Of a stretch of DNA of 64,000 bases, positions 12,326 to 24,230 are shown one piece after another (the first letter of the stretch is position 1; each line of letters starts with the position of its first letter). The DNA is from Hydrolagus colliei (taxonomy: Eukaryota): NCBI GenBank assembly GCA_035084275.1, contig CM068756.1, forward strand, positions 8,060,001-8,124,000, read 5' to 3'. Below the pieces are notes generated by a model. The model saw only the letters and a program-made list of their open reading frames with translations. It was not told where the DNA came from and ran no database searches. A program made the position numbers and the translations under genes.

Positions 12326-14379
12326 GAAATCCATCTCAATTAGAACCAACTGGATAGCACTCTATTCATCAGGTACATCCACAAAGAATTCCAGGTATGA
12401 TGATGTATTGTTTCTTAATCCATGTTGACCACCTACTTATACTGTTTAAATGAACATTTCCAATGCCCCATGAAAGCTCGATAGATAGCCAATACTTAGA
12501 AACTCCTCCCAAGGGGTAGACTTGGCAACACAACTGCACATAAAGCGTGCAAGTACATTGGCAGCATTCTACAAACCACAAACAGGACAGACACTGGAAA
12601 CCATCAAACAGTGGTTACAGCAGTTACAGTTATGAAGCCTCAACATTAGTTGCTCATACAAACCAGGGAAGTTACCATTCCCTGTGTATAAGTGTGGGTG
12701 AATGTTTACAGCCCCTTACTCCAGGCAATGCCTTCGTTACCACCCACAGGAAACAAGTATTGTAAGTAAGTCTATGATGGATCTTGTTTTTAATTGAACA
12801 ATCTCATTTGGCTGAGGTAAATACAAAGGGCGGGTCACTCTCAGACGTGAAGTATGATTTAAATTAACTTAGATTTCTCCTGTCATGGCATCAGCAGCAT
12901 AAAATATAAAAGAAGTGGGATTGTCTTGCGTTGTCTTAAGTATTTCGATTAGATGGTTACTTTAAAAAGTAAACTTTCTCGTGGCTCAATAATTAATCAA
13001 TGATTTACACAGCTAACAAAGTTTATTAATTAAGTGGCTATTTATTACATTTGCCTTTTAATAACTTCAATAGCAAACATCTAATTGTGAGTTCCGGATC
13101 ATATTGCTTTTATTTGCATGTTAATTCAAATGGTTATTTTTTTAAAAAAGATATTGATGAGGGTGGAGGAAAGAAGGTGAAAAATCAATACATCTCCTTG
13201 GAAAGAGCCAATATAGTATGTTGTGCATCGTGTAATTTGATAATATCAATCATAATTGAGTTACATGCAATCCATCTGACTTTCAGTACATTGAGGTCAG
13301 CAGGGGTCACAATGCCTCACTTCCCATCAATTACCACATATAAGAGGAGGTAGTAAGCATTTCCCATTGATAGCCTGCTTCAATAAATAATATTAAGAGG
13401 CACAGCAGAGGCAATCGATAAAATACAGTTCTACAGTCACAGTTTTAATGGCAGGTGTTATGCCTCACAGCCTGGTCAATACTCAGTCTCATCAAACACT
13501 AGACTCAAACCGCACATCAAAGCAGTGCATCTGTGCACCATATTAGATTGTTAACAACCTAACAGCATAAGGCAATTACATATGGATATGAACTAAATAT
13601 GACAGCAGTTATAAATATGTGATACATTGGTGTGAAAATATGATAGCCCGAAGGAGTTTCCAACAACGCTTCTCTCATTGAATATACTCTTACCAGATGT
13701 GCTAGAATAAATTTTCTTTAAGCAATGATTTTTTTGTATTAAGGGGCATGAAAGCTGAAGCACTGGATAATTTCTGAGTCTATTTCAGTGTTAGCTGTAA
13801 TAACTGAAACAGAAAGATTTTTAACCACAAATCAATGACGACAAGAATTTCTGAAGATCACTTTTTTGGCACGTTTCTATTCTGGGTAATTGCGGCCTTC
13901 TGTCTTGCTAAAAGATTGTTGGAATCTGAATGACACATTATAAAACAAGATCCGTTTCACGTCTCTTAATCTGTCAAGGCTCGCAAGTAGAATTTCTGCA
14001 CTCTGATAAAGTATCCTTTGTGAATATCGGAGCTTATTCAATAAGTGTCTACCATTGGGGATAAATTCCACTGGGTCTGGATTTACTTTCTGTATAGTTT
14101 TAGGGAGTTCTAATCTTGGCAGATAATTCTTAAACACAAGATTGATGCTTTTTTTTCTTGTACGTTCTGCTAAAATTGGTTCCTAGCCAAGACTAAGTTT
14201 AACATTTTGGACTTCCTAAAATGCCACATTGAATAAATCCATGTGAAATTTTTCTCCATTTATGACAACTTAGGTGGGAGCTACCGAAGGATTGGAATTG
14301 TTTTGAAAGGCAGAGAGGAAGGGTATAATTCAGGGGGATTTTGCAAGAGTTCAAGAAATTCAGACTATATTGATGTGAT

Positions 14380-14715
14380 ATAGAATCATAGAATCATAAA
14401 CATTTTACGGCACAAAAGGAGGCCATTCGGCCCATCTCATCCGTGCCGGCTCTTTGAAAAGAGCAACTCAATCCCACTGCCCACCTCTGTGCCCATAACC
14501 TAACAGACCTGTTCTCCCTAAATAAAGATCTAATTCTCTTTTAAAAGCTGTTATCGAATCGGCCTCCACCACCTTTTCAGGCGATGCATTCCAGATTCGA
14601 ACAACCCACTGAATGAAAAAAATTCTCCTCAGCTCCTCTCTGCTTCGTTTTGAAACAATTTTAAATCTGTGACCACGAGTCACAGATTCGCCCACCAGTG
14701 AAAATAGTTTTCCAT
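14380..14715 (-). mobile_element. CR1 LINE 3' fragment (young subfamily)
   Basis: Translates GESVTRGHRFKI..RRIFFIQWVVRIWNASPEKVVEADSITAFKRELD (CR1 ORF2 C-terminus); GATGGGCCGAATGGCCTCC 3' element; (ATTCTATG)n tail. Confidence 0.95.
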
Positions 14716-14821
14716 TATATGTTATATAATGTGTGAGGTGTGTGTATTCCACAGATTGGAAGAGGTTACCGGTAACTAATGATTTGATCAAACAAAACAA
14801 TGAACTCCAGTAATCCCAAAT

Positions 14822-15085
14822 CAACAACAACAACAAAAATTACATTTGAATAGTGCCTTTCACATTGGGAGGATGTCCCAAGGCACTGGACAGTCAGTGT
14901 TTCAGATCTGAGCTGGGGATCAGAGAGGGTGGAGGGAAAGAAGGGGAGGGGAGTGACCGATGGCATGGTTGAAGAGGAGGGTCTTGAGGTGGGACTTGAA
15001 GGAGGTTTGGGAGGGGGCAAGGCAGAGGGATTGCAGGATAGAACTTCAAAGGTTGCGGGCAGAGTGCCTGAAGGCTTGCTGGCCT
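14822..15085 (-). mobile_element. L2 LINE 3' fragment, (GTT)n tail
   Basis: (AAC)n then AAAATTACATTTG..GCCTTTCAC..GGGAGGATGTCCCAAGGC; body similar to 16940-17105 and 36280-36435. Confidence 0.85.
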
Positions 15086-16289
15086 TCTTCAACAACAACA
15101 ACCCATAATTGAAATAAAAATAAGTACATGAAGCAAGTGAAGCCCTTGGAGCTTTGGGTGACCTGAAGTCATATGACAGCACTAGATTCACTTCCGGGTG
15201 AAAAATGTTCATCCTTAAATAACCTCTTGGTCCACGAGGTATAATTTTGCATAACCACAGAGATAATTAGTCAATGGCTACTGTCTATATGTAATTCTGA
15301 GGTCAAAGGCAGGTTGTGGTTTTAAAGATTAAGCTACTGCCTGTCCTCTTTAGTTACCAGAAATAATGTTCCTATTGTGTGACTAGAAAATTAATTATGA
15401 ATCAGAAAAATACATTTGTCTAATTGCACACTGGATGCCACGAGTTTGTTGTGTGAGTAGAGTGAGTGGCTTCATTGCGGATAATTCAATGTAGCTGTCT
15501 AGTGCTGACGTAGTGAGCTGCGATTCAATTAGCTTTAAGACTGGCTCTTTTGGTATTAATTCTATAAGCCTATATCTGTGTTTAGGAACTAGTTCCTGGG
15601 AACTGACTGGGTAGGTTTATTTTAAGAAGACAACAAATTTCATCAATCTGACCTTTTGCAAACGACTTTTAATTACAGAATACATCATGCCTTCATATGG
15701 AGTTTGAACCCTACCTCAAATAATCCAGGACCGTAGGACCAAACAAGCTCTTATACTCCTCATTGACGATGAATATGGATTTTCATCATATTTAAAATAC
15801 TCATTGTAATCTGGATTTGGGAAAAAAAATTTCACTGAAATTCAAGCCCCAGAATATTAACACATTAGCAGAAGCAGGCTACAGCTGGTGTGATTGCACA
15901 CGTGTGCCTTCAATCTGTCACGTTGGTTTAATGTATACAGTATTAATCAGTACTACAGATTTATTCAGTATCAATCCAACATTTAAAGCAGAAATTATTT
16001 GCAAATCTACTTCAGCATTGTGAGCACTCCTCTATGTTTCAATGCATGTAAATTTAAATGAACCAATATGTGATTCAATGTTTATTCCTTGCATTATATT
16101 TAATGCATTATTGGGCTGATACTTTTCAAAGCACTTTGCAGAGTTTTCCGTAGAGTGTAATAACTGTTTATTTTGTAGGCAAACAAAACAGTCAGTTTGT
16201 AGACAGGAGTGTCCGATAAACAGCCATGAAGTGAATTGCCATTTTTTAAAATCTGGGCAATTGTTGATCAGACATTGAGTTTTTTCAAA

Positions 16290-16483
16290 ATCTTTATCAT
16301 CCACCTGTCAGGCAAATAAGACGCCCTTAAAGTCTCACCCAGAGAACCACGCTTCCAATAATCCAGGTCTCCCTCAGCACTATATTGGAGCGTCAGCTCA
16401 GGCTATGAGTTTAATGTCCCGACTAAGGGTTTGAACCTACCACCTACTGACCCGAATTGTGCTACCAACTGAATCAGGCTGAC
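16290..16483 (-). mobile_element. Deu-domain SINE 5' part, decayed
   Basis: CTCCCTCAGCACTATATTGGAGCGTCAGC..TTTGAACC..TGCTACCAACTGA..CAGGCTGAC is the reverse complement of tRNA head plus Deu start. Confidence 0.65.
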
Positions 16484-16804
16484 TTTATTAACATGCATGT
16501 AATACCTAATTAATTGAATTGACAGTCATTCTCCACACAAGTTTGCCAAATTTCTGAGATGCTGCAGACACTATAACTGAACTGTTAAGTGGAAACCACT
16601 AGTACAAAGGAAATAGTAAAAGAATAAGCCTACATCCTTGTAGATGACGACACACTCTGATTCTCTTAAAGTGCTGATGTTATAATAGAGAAATACAAAA
16701 ATAAACTTTGCTTCAATATTTTTTGGCTGTGTAAATTTCAGGCACCTTGTGATTTAAAAAAAAATGAATTTCCCAGCACAGATGCCCACCTATTCATCAC
16801 AGAC

Positions 16805-16861
16805 AAAACAACAACAAAATTACATTTGTATAGAGCCTTTCACGTCGGGAGGATGTCTCAA
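16805..16861 (-). mobile_element. L2-type tail fragment, (GTT)n
   Basis: AACAACAACAAAATTACATTTGTATAGAGCCTTTCACGTCGGGAGGATGTCTCAA. Confidence 0.85.
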
Positions 16862-16939
16862 AACTGCCATCATTGCTTGGAATCATCACTTCAGTAATAG
16901 TCTCACAACTGCTAGTCTTATCTTGTCTCCATCAAGACT

Positions 16940-17105
16940 TGAATCAAGACACTCCTCTTCAACTATGCCTTTTGTCACCATCCTTCCTCCCATGCCCTCC
17001 ACCCTCCCTGATCCCGACCCTTAGCTCAGATCTGAAACACTGATTGTCCATCGCCTTGAGATGTCCTCCCGTCATGGCCTATACAATGTAATTTTGTTGT
17101 TGTTT
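16940..17105 (+). mobile_element. L2 LINE 3' fragment, (GTT)n tail
   Basis: TCAAGACACTCCTCTTCAAC (KTLLFN), CAGATCTGAAACACTG, CGCCTTGAGATGTCCTCCCG..TGTAATTTTGTTGTTG. Confidence 0.85.
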
Positions 17106-17137
17106 AAAAAAATGCAAAATTTAATTTTCTCTCTTAC

Positions 17138-17272
17138 ATCGCTTTTCCTCCTTGTAACCAGGGGGTCTCCACGGAGCGCGTCAGATACCAGATCTGGGTA
17201 AGATAGATCCTGGATTTCTTTACCACCAGTGGCAGGGCTGTATGTGACTGATTGTGTAGGGCACTTGTTGAC
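17138..17272 (-). CDS. Candidate internal coding exon (135 nt, phase 0/0) of an unidentified large gene
   Basis: Minus strand acceptor TCTTTGTTGCTTCTTAATCAAG|G, donor GAT|GTAAGA; open frame VNKCPTQSVTYSPATGGKEIQDLSYPDLVSDALRGDPLVTRRKSD; unique, CpG-retaining sequence wedged between repeats. Confidence 0.5.
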
Positions 17273-17349
17273 CTTGATTAAGAAGCAACAAAGATTGCCA
17301 AACAACATTAAGTGAAACATCTGGATTCTAAAACTCTTTCCTATGGTAC

Positions 17350-17600
17350 ATTACATAGTTGTTACATTGAGTGATACAGCTCAGAACAGGCCATTTGGCC
17401 GAATCAGTCCACACCAGTGTTTATATTCCGCACAAGCGAATGCCCACTTCTGAACCCCTTTAATCCCTTCTCCCCAATGTATCATCACATTTTCTCTTGA
17501 ATACATTGATGCTATTTGCTTTAACCAAAGTTTCTTCCAGTGAGCTCCACCTTCTCACCACCCTCTGCATGAAGAAGGTCCTCCTAAGCTCCCCATTGGT
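17350..17600 (-). mobile_element. CR1 LINE 3' fragment (old)
   Basis: ACAGGCCATTTGGCC 3' element and CACCACCCTCTGCATGAAGAAG (reverse complement of FF..RVV motif). Confidence 0.7.
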
Positions 17601-19864
17601 TCCAATACTAGCTGTTGTGTTGCAAACACTATAATTTCAGGGATAGGTCAATATTAACTTTGATCAATAAGCTGCAGTTTTTATCTTCCAGTTTTGCTTT
17701 GGATCCCAACATAATATACCGAAGGTCTTTTCCTTGGAACATTTCCACCATGATTCATTCTTGCAAATCAGAAATCCGCAGTCAATAATTGGAAGATAAG
17801 AACAATTGTGGATTTTGCACTAGCATTAACACAACATTTGAACTGGGTAGTCAGCCTATTATCTCTTGTTAAAAACCATAATCTTGTTCCTCAAACCATC
17901 ATAAGCTTCACACTTACAAATATATTTATTGTACTTCCTTGCATCAGATTTTTTTGTTCACATTGTGTTCAGCAAGCTTAGATTACAATGCAACAGTGAA
18001 GCTCATCTACACTATGTCTCAACCCTGAGCTCCATGGGCACCAACAGTCCATATCTATTGGTGTCATTAACTATTCTAACAATGAGTGAGAGTGACCAGA
18101 GAATCAGTGCCTCAGTTAGTCTTATAGCAGAAGCAATTGGGTAGTTTGATGATGTGCGCTCACGTGAACTGGAAGTTGGCTTGAGACTATCTTAACTCAT
18201 TTCTTTTAGAATTCTTAACAGCCGTGCAATAGAATTTTTTTTAATCCAATTTGTTTGGGCCAGAATTAAATTGAGGTCTCAGAGGTGAATAGTGTTGTAA
18301 CATATACTCACTCAGATCCTTAGACAAGCCTGACATTTCTTCCAGTGGATGAATAATAAATACAGACAAAGAACCAGCGGTCACGCAAAAAAAAGTAGCT
18401 GTTAAAATTAATCTGCACAGCTCAAAATTAAATTTAGATTTGTACTTCAAAAATTCTGCTTAAAACATTTTGCACCATTTTGACTTATGAAATAATAACA
18501 TAAATCAATTTAATATTTAAAGTAAGATTGTGCAAAAGGTAAACTCTGCCTTGAACTAGATTTTTTCCTTTCAAAGAGTTAACGAAAAGAAAAAAGATAC
18601 TGTTAATGTCCTTAAGATTTAAAAAAAACTTATGATCTTCTTACAGTTTTATTACAATGTCTCTCAAAGGTTTATGAATCACTTGAAAAAGCTGCTGTGT
18701 TTTCCTAATGAACTGTGCATTTTCACGGGATATTGTCCTCCTTTGGCAGTGTGCACTGTATCAATAGCACAAGAATGGCAAAGTTTGATTGGGGTCATTT
18801 ATGAGGGCACAGAGATCAGGGCCAATGTCATGTTCGCCCTCTTGCAACCCTGTGAGGTCCCAGCGAGTGTGTAAGTACAAATCTGTTGCATATTGGTGAA
18901 TGAAAGTGGGATGACCGAGGTCAGCAGCCACCAAGTGTTAATAGCCCTGAGATCAGTGAGCTGCAGAGACATTAAGTGGGAATTGAATGAGCGGAGTGTT
19001 ACACTACAGGGAATCAGAGGCCTGGTACACAGACACTGACGCAGGGCTGCTGCAGCTAATCCTCCCTGTTCATTTTTCTCCTCGACTCACCACAGCTGGA
19101 GTACACGTCTCTCCCAGGGTTATCTATTGTATTGCCAGCTGCTGTGTGCTGCACAGCTGTTTCTATGGTTATCAACTAGGAGGCATTTTGTGTTCATCCT
19201 TATGTTCCTATCCGAAACAGATGTAACGTAGTTTGTAGAGAAATTTGTAATACCATATTTACAAATTTATATTTTATGACTGTACTCTTGTGGGTTATCT
19301 AGGGGCTTTACAAATCTCTATTGAATGCTAGACTGTTTGAACTTGCCCTGTCCTTCCCGCAACACATGGTTGAAGGAAACGCACAAGTGGGAGCATGTTT
19401 TTTAGTGACATAGCAACAGAAATTGACAGTAGTAAATCTGAAAGCATGTGGTGACCTTGTAGGGCAGACTAATAGCAAAGTCGAGATACCTGGAGCAGGA
19501 TTCTGCACGGTTGTTCCTCATTCACAGAAGGATATGCACCTCTGTTCTAGAGAAAGTCAAAACAGTTAACTGGAACAGATTTTGTTTGGAAAGTTGATGG
19601 TATACACACTGTCTAGCTGTGCTGCATCATTCTGATTATCTTCAAATGACAGGCGTTTTGAATTGCAGAACAATTCAGCAACTTCACATCCCAAGTCACC
19701 CACATTAAAGCAGGCAAACGGTTACATTTAATACCCAACAGTTTCTGTTGTGTGAGGAGCAGGAGGAGCTGGGGCCATTGGCAGCCAATAACATGACTGA
19801 AATTTAATTTTGGCATCAAGAAAATCTGATAAAGACAATAGCTCTTAAGTCCACAAAAATACAG

Positions 19865-20245
19865 CTGAAAGTTGCGGGTTCATACCTCACCCCAGGACTT
19901 TGAACCCACAAGTTCAGGCTATAATCTAATACACTGATGGGGAGAAGGGACTGTTGCATTGCAGGGGGTTCCAGATTTTGGATGAGACGTTAAGCCAAGG
20001 ACCCAACTGGCTCTTCAAGTGGACGTTGAAGTTCCCATGGAACAATTTGAAAATAAAATATTGTTTCGCCAGGTGCCTTGGTCAGCAATCCCCCCAAATA
20101 AAGTTAATCTGTTTGTGAGACACTGCTGTGTACAAATAGGCTTCTACGTTTGCCTACCAAATGCAGTCACACTTTACAATATATATTGTGAAGCATTTTG
20201 AGATGTCCTTCGGACTTAAAATCTGCTGTATAAAATGTAAGGATT
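19865..20245 (+). mobile_element. Deu-domain SINE, near full length, decayed
   Basis: GGGTTCA B-box remnant, TTTTGGATGAGACGTTAAGCCAAGG..GTGGACGTTGAAGTTCCCATGG core, GACACTGCTGTG block, GTGAAGCATTTTGAGATGTCC tail. Confidence 0.8.
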
Positions 20246-22029
20246 TAATTCAATAATATTATGGAATTTTATATACAACGATTTCTTAATGCAACACACC
20301 AACCTGCAAAGATTCCCTCTGACAGTGATACACAGTACATTTCTGTAGTTCCAGGTACCTGAAATAAGTCCCCATGTGGATTCCTTATCAAGGAATCCTG
20401 TAAGAAACACATTGACTGATCAATGATAGTTTAGATATCTTGAGAGTATGAGGAAAAAGCAAGAGTATGTTTTTCTTACTTGTAAAAATAAATTATTCTT
20501 AAACCCAAAATCTTTTTGCACTGAAATGTAAGGGAATCGCACTACAGTAGATGAGATTTTATGATGTCTCAAAAGCAAGGATTCTTCTTATTATTATTAA
20601 TATTATAAGTGTAGTCTAGGCTGACACTTTCTTTTCTCGTGCTGTTCATATTGGTCACAGATTATTCTTAACAATTAACGATTCTATACTCTACAAGTAA
20701 AGCAGGCAGAGCATAGAAAGTGGGATTGTTTTGCCAAAATCAAACATATTTAGTACATTAAAAAAGTTAACTATGTATAGCTGGATTGGGATAAATGTAA
20801 AATATAACTCAAGTTACACTGACTCAGCAGTTCTTTTACCTCCTTGCATTAAAAAAGCCACTGTCTAATTCTTGCGCCCCAGGGGTTCAATTTACTAACT
20901 TATATACAGTATTATGTTTCTAAAATATGTCATGGTGGTCTTTGGCATGGTTTGATTGTGTTCAATGAGCAGTGCAATCCAAGCTGGCAAACAAGGGACT
21001 TATAGCAGAAGTTTGTATTTAAGTGTTAAGTGCCACGCTTGAAGAAATCAGGAATTCTACCTGATGAGAGTCACTGGAAAACGGTTCAGTACACTGGGAT
21101 TCTTGTTGGATCAGGCAATGCGGAGCGAGCTGTATTAACACAACATAACGGTCTTACAGTTCAGGTCTGTCCTTGTAAATATATGACTGGAGACCTATTT
21201 TTCTTATTGTTTATTTCGCCATGGTATAAAGAGTCTTATGTTTTGTTGTCTTAACCTACAAATTTTCATATATTTTTATGGGAGTGAAACTGAGACCTAG
21301 CAGTGACATCCTTCAGGCAGGAGACACTCATCTGCTAATTGTATTTCCAACACATACAGTCTTTGTCTGCATAACAGAGTCTATGGGGCTGTCTGTTAGT
21401 TTAACAAGCCTTGGTATTAATGAGATTGCGCTGTAATTGAACCTTTTCACGAGTCCCTTGACAATGATATTATGTTAATTTAGATATGCTGCAACAAAGC
21501 ATCCATCATACTCGATCAAACAGTAAAGATCAACTACAATATCCTCTTCATGTTTGAGAGATTCTTCTTCACATAATACAATTGTCTCATTAATTACTTC
21601 AAATCATTTATTTACTAATGTTCCATAGCTGGTGAAATATTAACAATTTAAATCAGTTTCATAATGCAACCACAATGTGGCAGCATATCCTACAGAAGAG
21701 GGTTTGACTATTATGAATGTAAAATAAAAGTTTATTGTCTCTAATGATACTCAGACAGTTTAACATAATAGCTCATTCACATATATTCACCTCCTCACTG
21801 AGAGCTTTAGTGATTGTTTGAAAAGGTCATATATAGGTTTCTGTTGATTGTAAGAGGATTATTGATTCATTTGGAAGTGAACGATTCAGTAAAATCTACA
21901 GTTGCTTCACTCTGGCTCTCCAGTCTTCAACTAAAATAAAATTAATAAAATAAAATGAAATTTAAAAAAGTAATGAAAAGGCATTATATGAATTAAAAAA
22001 TAACAATGTGGGGCAGAGGGGGAAAGGGA

Positions 22030-22120
22030 ATCGTGGGTTAGTATAGCACCCTTCAATCTCTAGCATCTGGTTTCAAATCCTACCAGTCTGATGGGAAGCA
22101 GTCTCTTCTCTTCGCTGGAC
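22030..22120 (+). mobile_element. Ancient tRNA-derived SINE head (LF-SINE-like), related fragment at 52425-52495
   Basis: CCCTTCAATCTCTAGCATCTGGTTTCAAATCC..CAGTCTGATGG; second copy GCCTTTCACCTC..CCCAGACAGATGG. Confidence 0.35.
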
Positions 22121-24074
22121 AAGTCAGAAGCCTCCACTTGTTAGGACTGACAAAAACGCTGACCCCATTTAGGTGTAGTTGGTGGGGAGGAGTGAGTGGG
22201 AGAAAGTGAGGAGAGTCACACTGGTGCAGTGGAAAATGATCGTCAAACATTATGATGAAACGAGGGTAGATAAATGAACACAGATCAGATCTCCTGGAAG
22301 AATTTTGGTGTTCAGAGGGCTAGTGATCCCTAGTGTATGTGAAGTTCTGGTGTTACCAATTTGCTGCCCACTGGTTTATTGACAGGTTTGTTGGAGTGTA
22401 AAGGGCAGTGACAATGTATGATTTGTTTACTATTTAGCCATAAAGATCTGGAAATTTGTCACATTTTGTTAACAAAATCAGAAGATGAATTCTTAGCCCA
22501 TCGTTTCAGCTTTCTCAACACAAAGCATCAGTTCACTTCGTGGCAATCGTAGGTTCAGGCTGTTGGACTGAGCAGCAGGTTTGGATTGTGACAGACACCA
22601 GGCATTAGCTTCTCTGCTTCCAGGTGTAGACCAGATGTTGAGAGATTCCAACGTTAGTTGACATTTCAAGGTTTATCAAGATTTGTCAGCAATTGTCCTC
22701 AAAAGCAGTCAATGGGAGATCAACTCCAATTAAGTGGAATGCCATAACATCTTGTCCTAGGGTGGATTTAATGAATTCAACAAAGAAACTGATGTTATTG
22801 ATTTCATATAAATAGGACCATTGTCATCGTTTCCTTTCATTGCCCTCTTGCTTATTCATCGCACAGATAGCTGCTAGGGAAGAAATCCAAATTCCAACTA
22901 GTCTTAAAATTAGCCTTTGATTAATTTTAAAGCATCTGAATTGGTTTTCATTCACAAATAAAATGCCACACCCTTGTATAGGAATCTAATGGACTGTGCG
23001 CATGTGTTTACTGTACGTCTCAGCAGAACACTCTGATCTCTGCGCACATATGGGGAAGTGGAGGGGAGGCATTCATCCTTGCAATTAGACATTGTCCTGG
23101 AGTAGGTATTTTCATGGTCAGCATCTGTAGTTGGATATCAAGGTGGATATCACAAGTATGTGACTAGTGACACCTCGGGGGATCAGGAGATTGTAATGTC
23201 CCTGTATGTGTTCAATGTCCTTGTGCTCAAGGAACACAGATGAGTTTCATCATTTAGTGCTCAGTTGTGATCTGTTGGTAATGGGAGTTAAGACACAAGA
23301 TATGAGATTGGAGAGACGCCCACATGACTTAAATGATAGTTTCATTCCCTGGCACGTACAAATTAAAACACATTCACTGGTAGATTGGTAACAGCGGGAC
23401 TCCAATTTCTGGCTGCAGAGTTGACAGTATGAGTCCTATTCACTGTCAATCAACCCTCACCCTATGGGTCCAATTCATAATTATACACTGAAATTGTTAA
23501 AGATGACATCTTAGGCGGAGAATAGGCAAGTATTGGTCTGTATAGCATTTGCAATATAGCACAAGAGCCCCACAGATGCACATTTATCTCCAGGTCCTGC
23601 CAATCAGAAAATGGTGCTTCACAGGATTTACTGTAAAGTGCAGTGACTGTGTGTTTTGTTCGCAAGTGATTGAAATTATGAGGCGTCGCAGTTCTTTCCA
23701 AGCGGTTGCATCTCTGATTAACCTCACAGGGCTATCATCTTTAATTGAGTCCTCCTTCAGTGGACCACCAAGTCAAATGTTGCTGTTGTGGTCACTGTAT
23801 ATATTGCTCCCATCACATCTCATTACACTTTACATTTTATTGAAGAATCAGAAATGGCTGTGAAACTCAAGGAAATCCCCAAAATGTTTACCCCAATCAT
23901 GTGTGATCGAGTGTAACAGTATGAACGAACATGCCTGCTCTATTAGTTTACAAAAATATTGCCGTTAAAATGCCTTATTGTAGGGTATGCTTTTCAATGA
24001 TCATCGTCAGTTAAAAAGGGTCCGCCTTATTATATAAAAAAATGACTTGTGGGTAGCTAATGGCACTTTATGGC

Positions 24075-24230
24075 TGTTTGAGGGACGTTGCAGTGTGAAA
24101 ATTGGCTGTCATGTTTGCCTCAAAACACACGGACAATCACAGCATATCCTGTGAACCATGGATTCATGCCATGATAAGGCCCTATATTAAATTCAAGGAT
24201 ATACTATTAGTAGTAATATTATTATTATTA
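24075..24230 (+). mobile_element. SINE 3' part, (ATT)n type, decayed
   Basis: GGACGTTGCAGTGTGAAAATTGGCTG block and ATGATAAGGCCCTATATTAAATTCAAGGAT..(ATT)n. Confidence 0.65.

Noticed and set aside
13877-14137. 86-aa minus-strand ORF with protein-like composition
   Set aside because: No recognisable homology and no flanking splice consensus
17162-17197. 36-nt plus-strand microexon (CCAG|GGGG..TGG|GTAAGA)
   Set aside because: Overlaps the minus-strand exon candidate, whose purine-rich 3' end supplies the apparent pyrimidine tract; no supporting plus-strand exons found. Not fully excluded; stranded RNA-seq would decide
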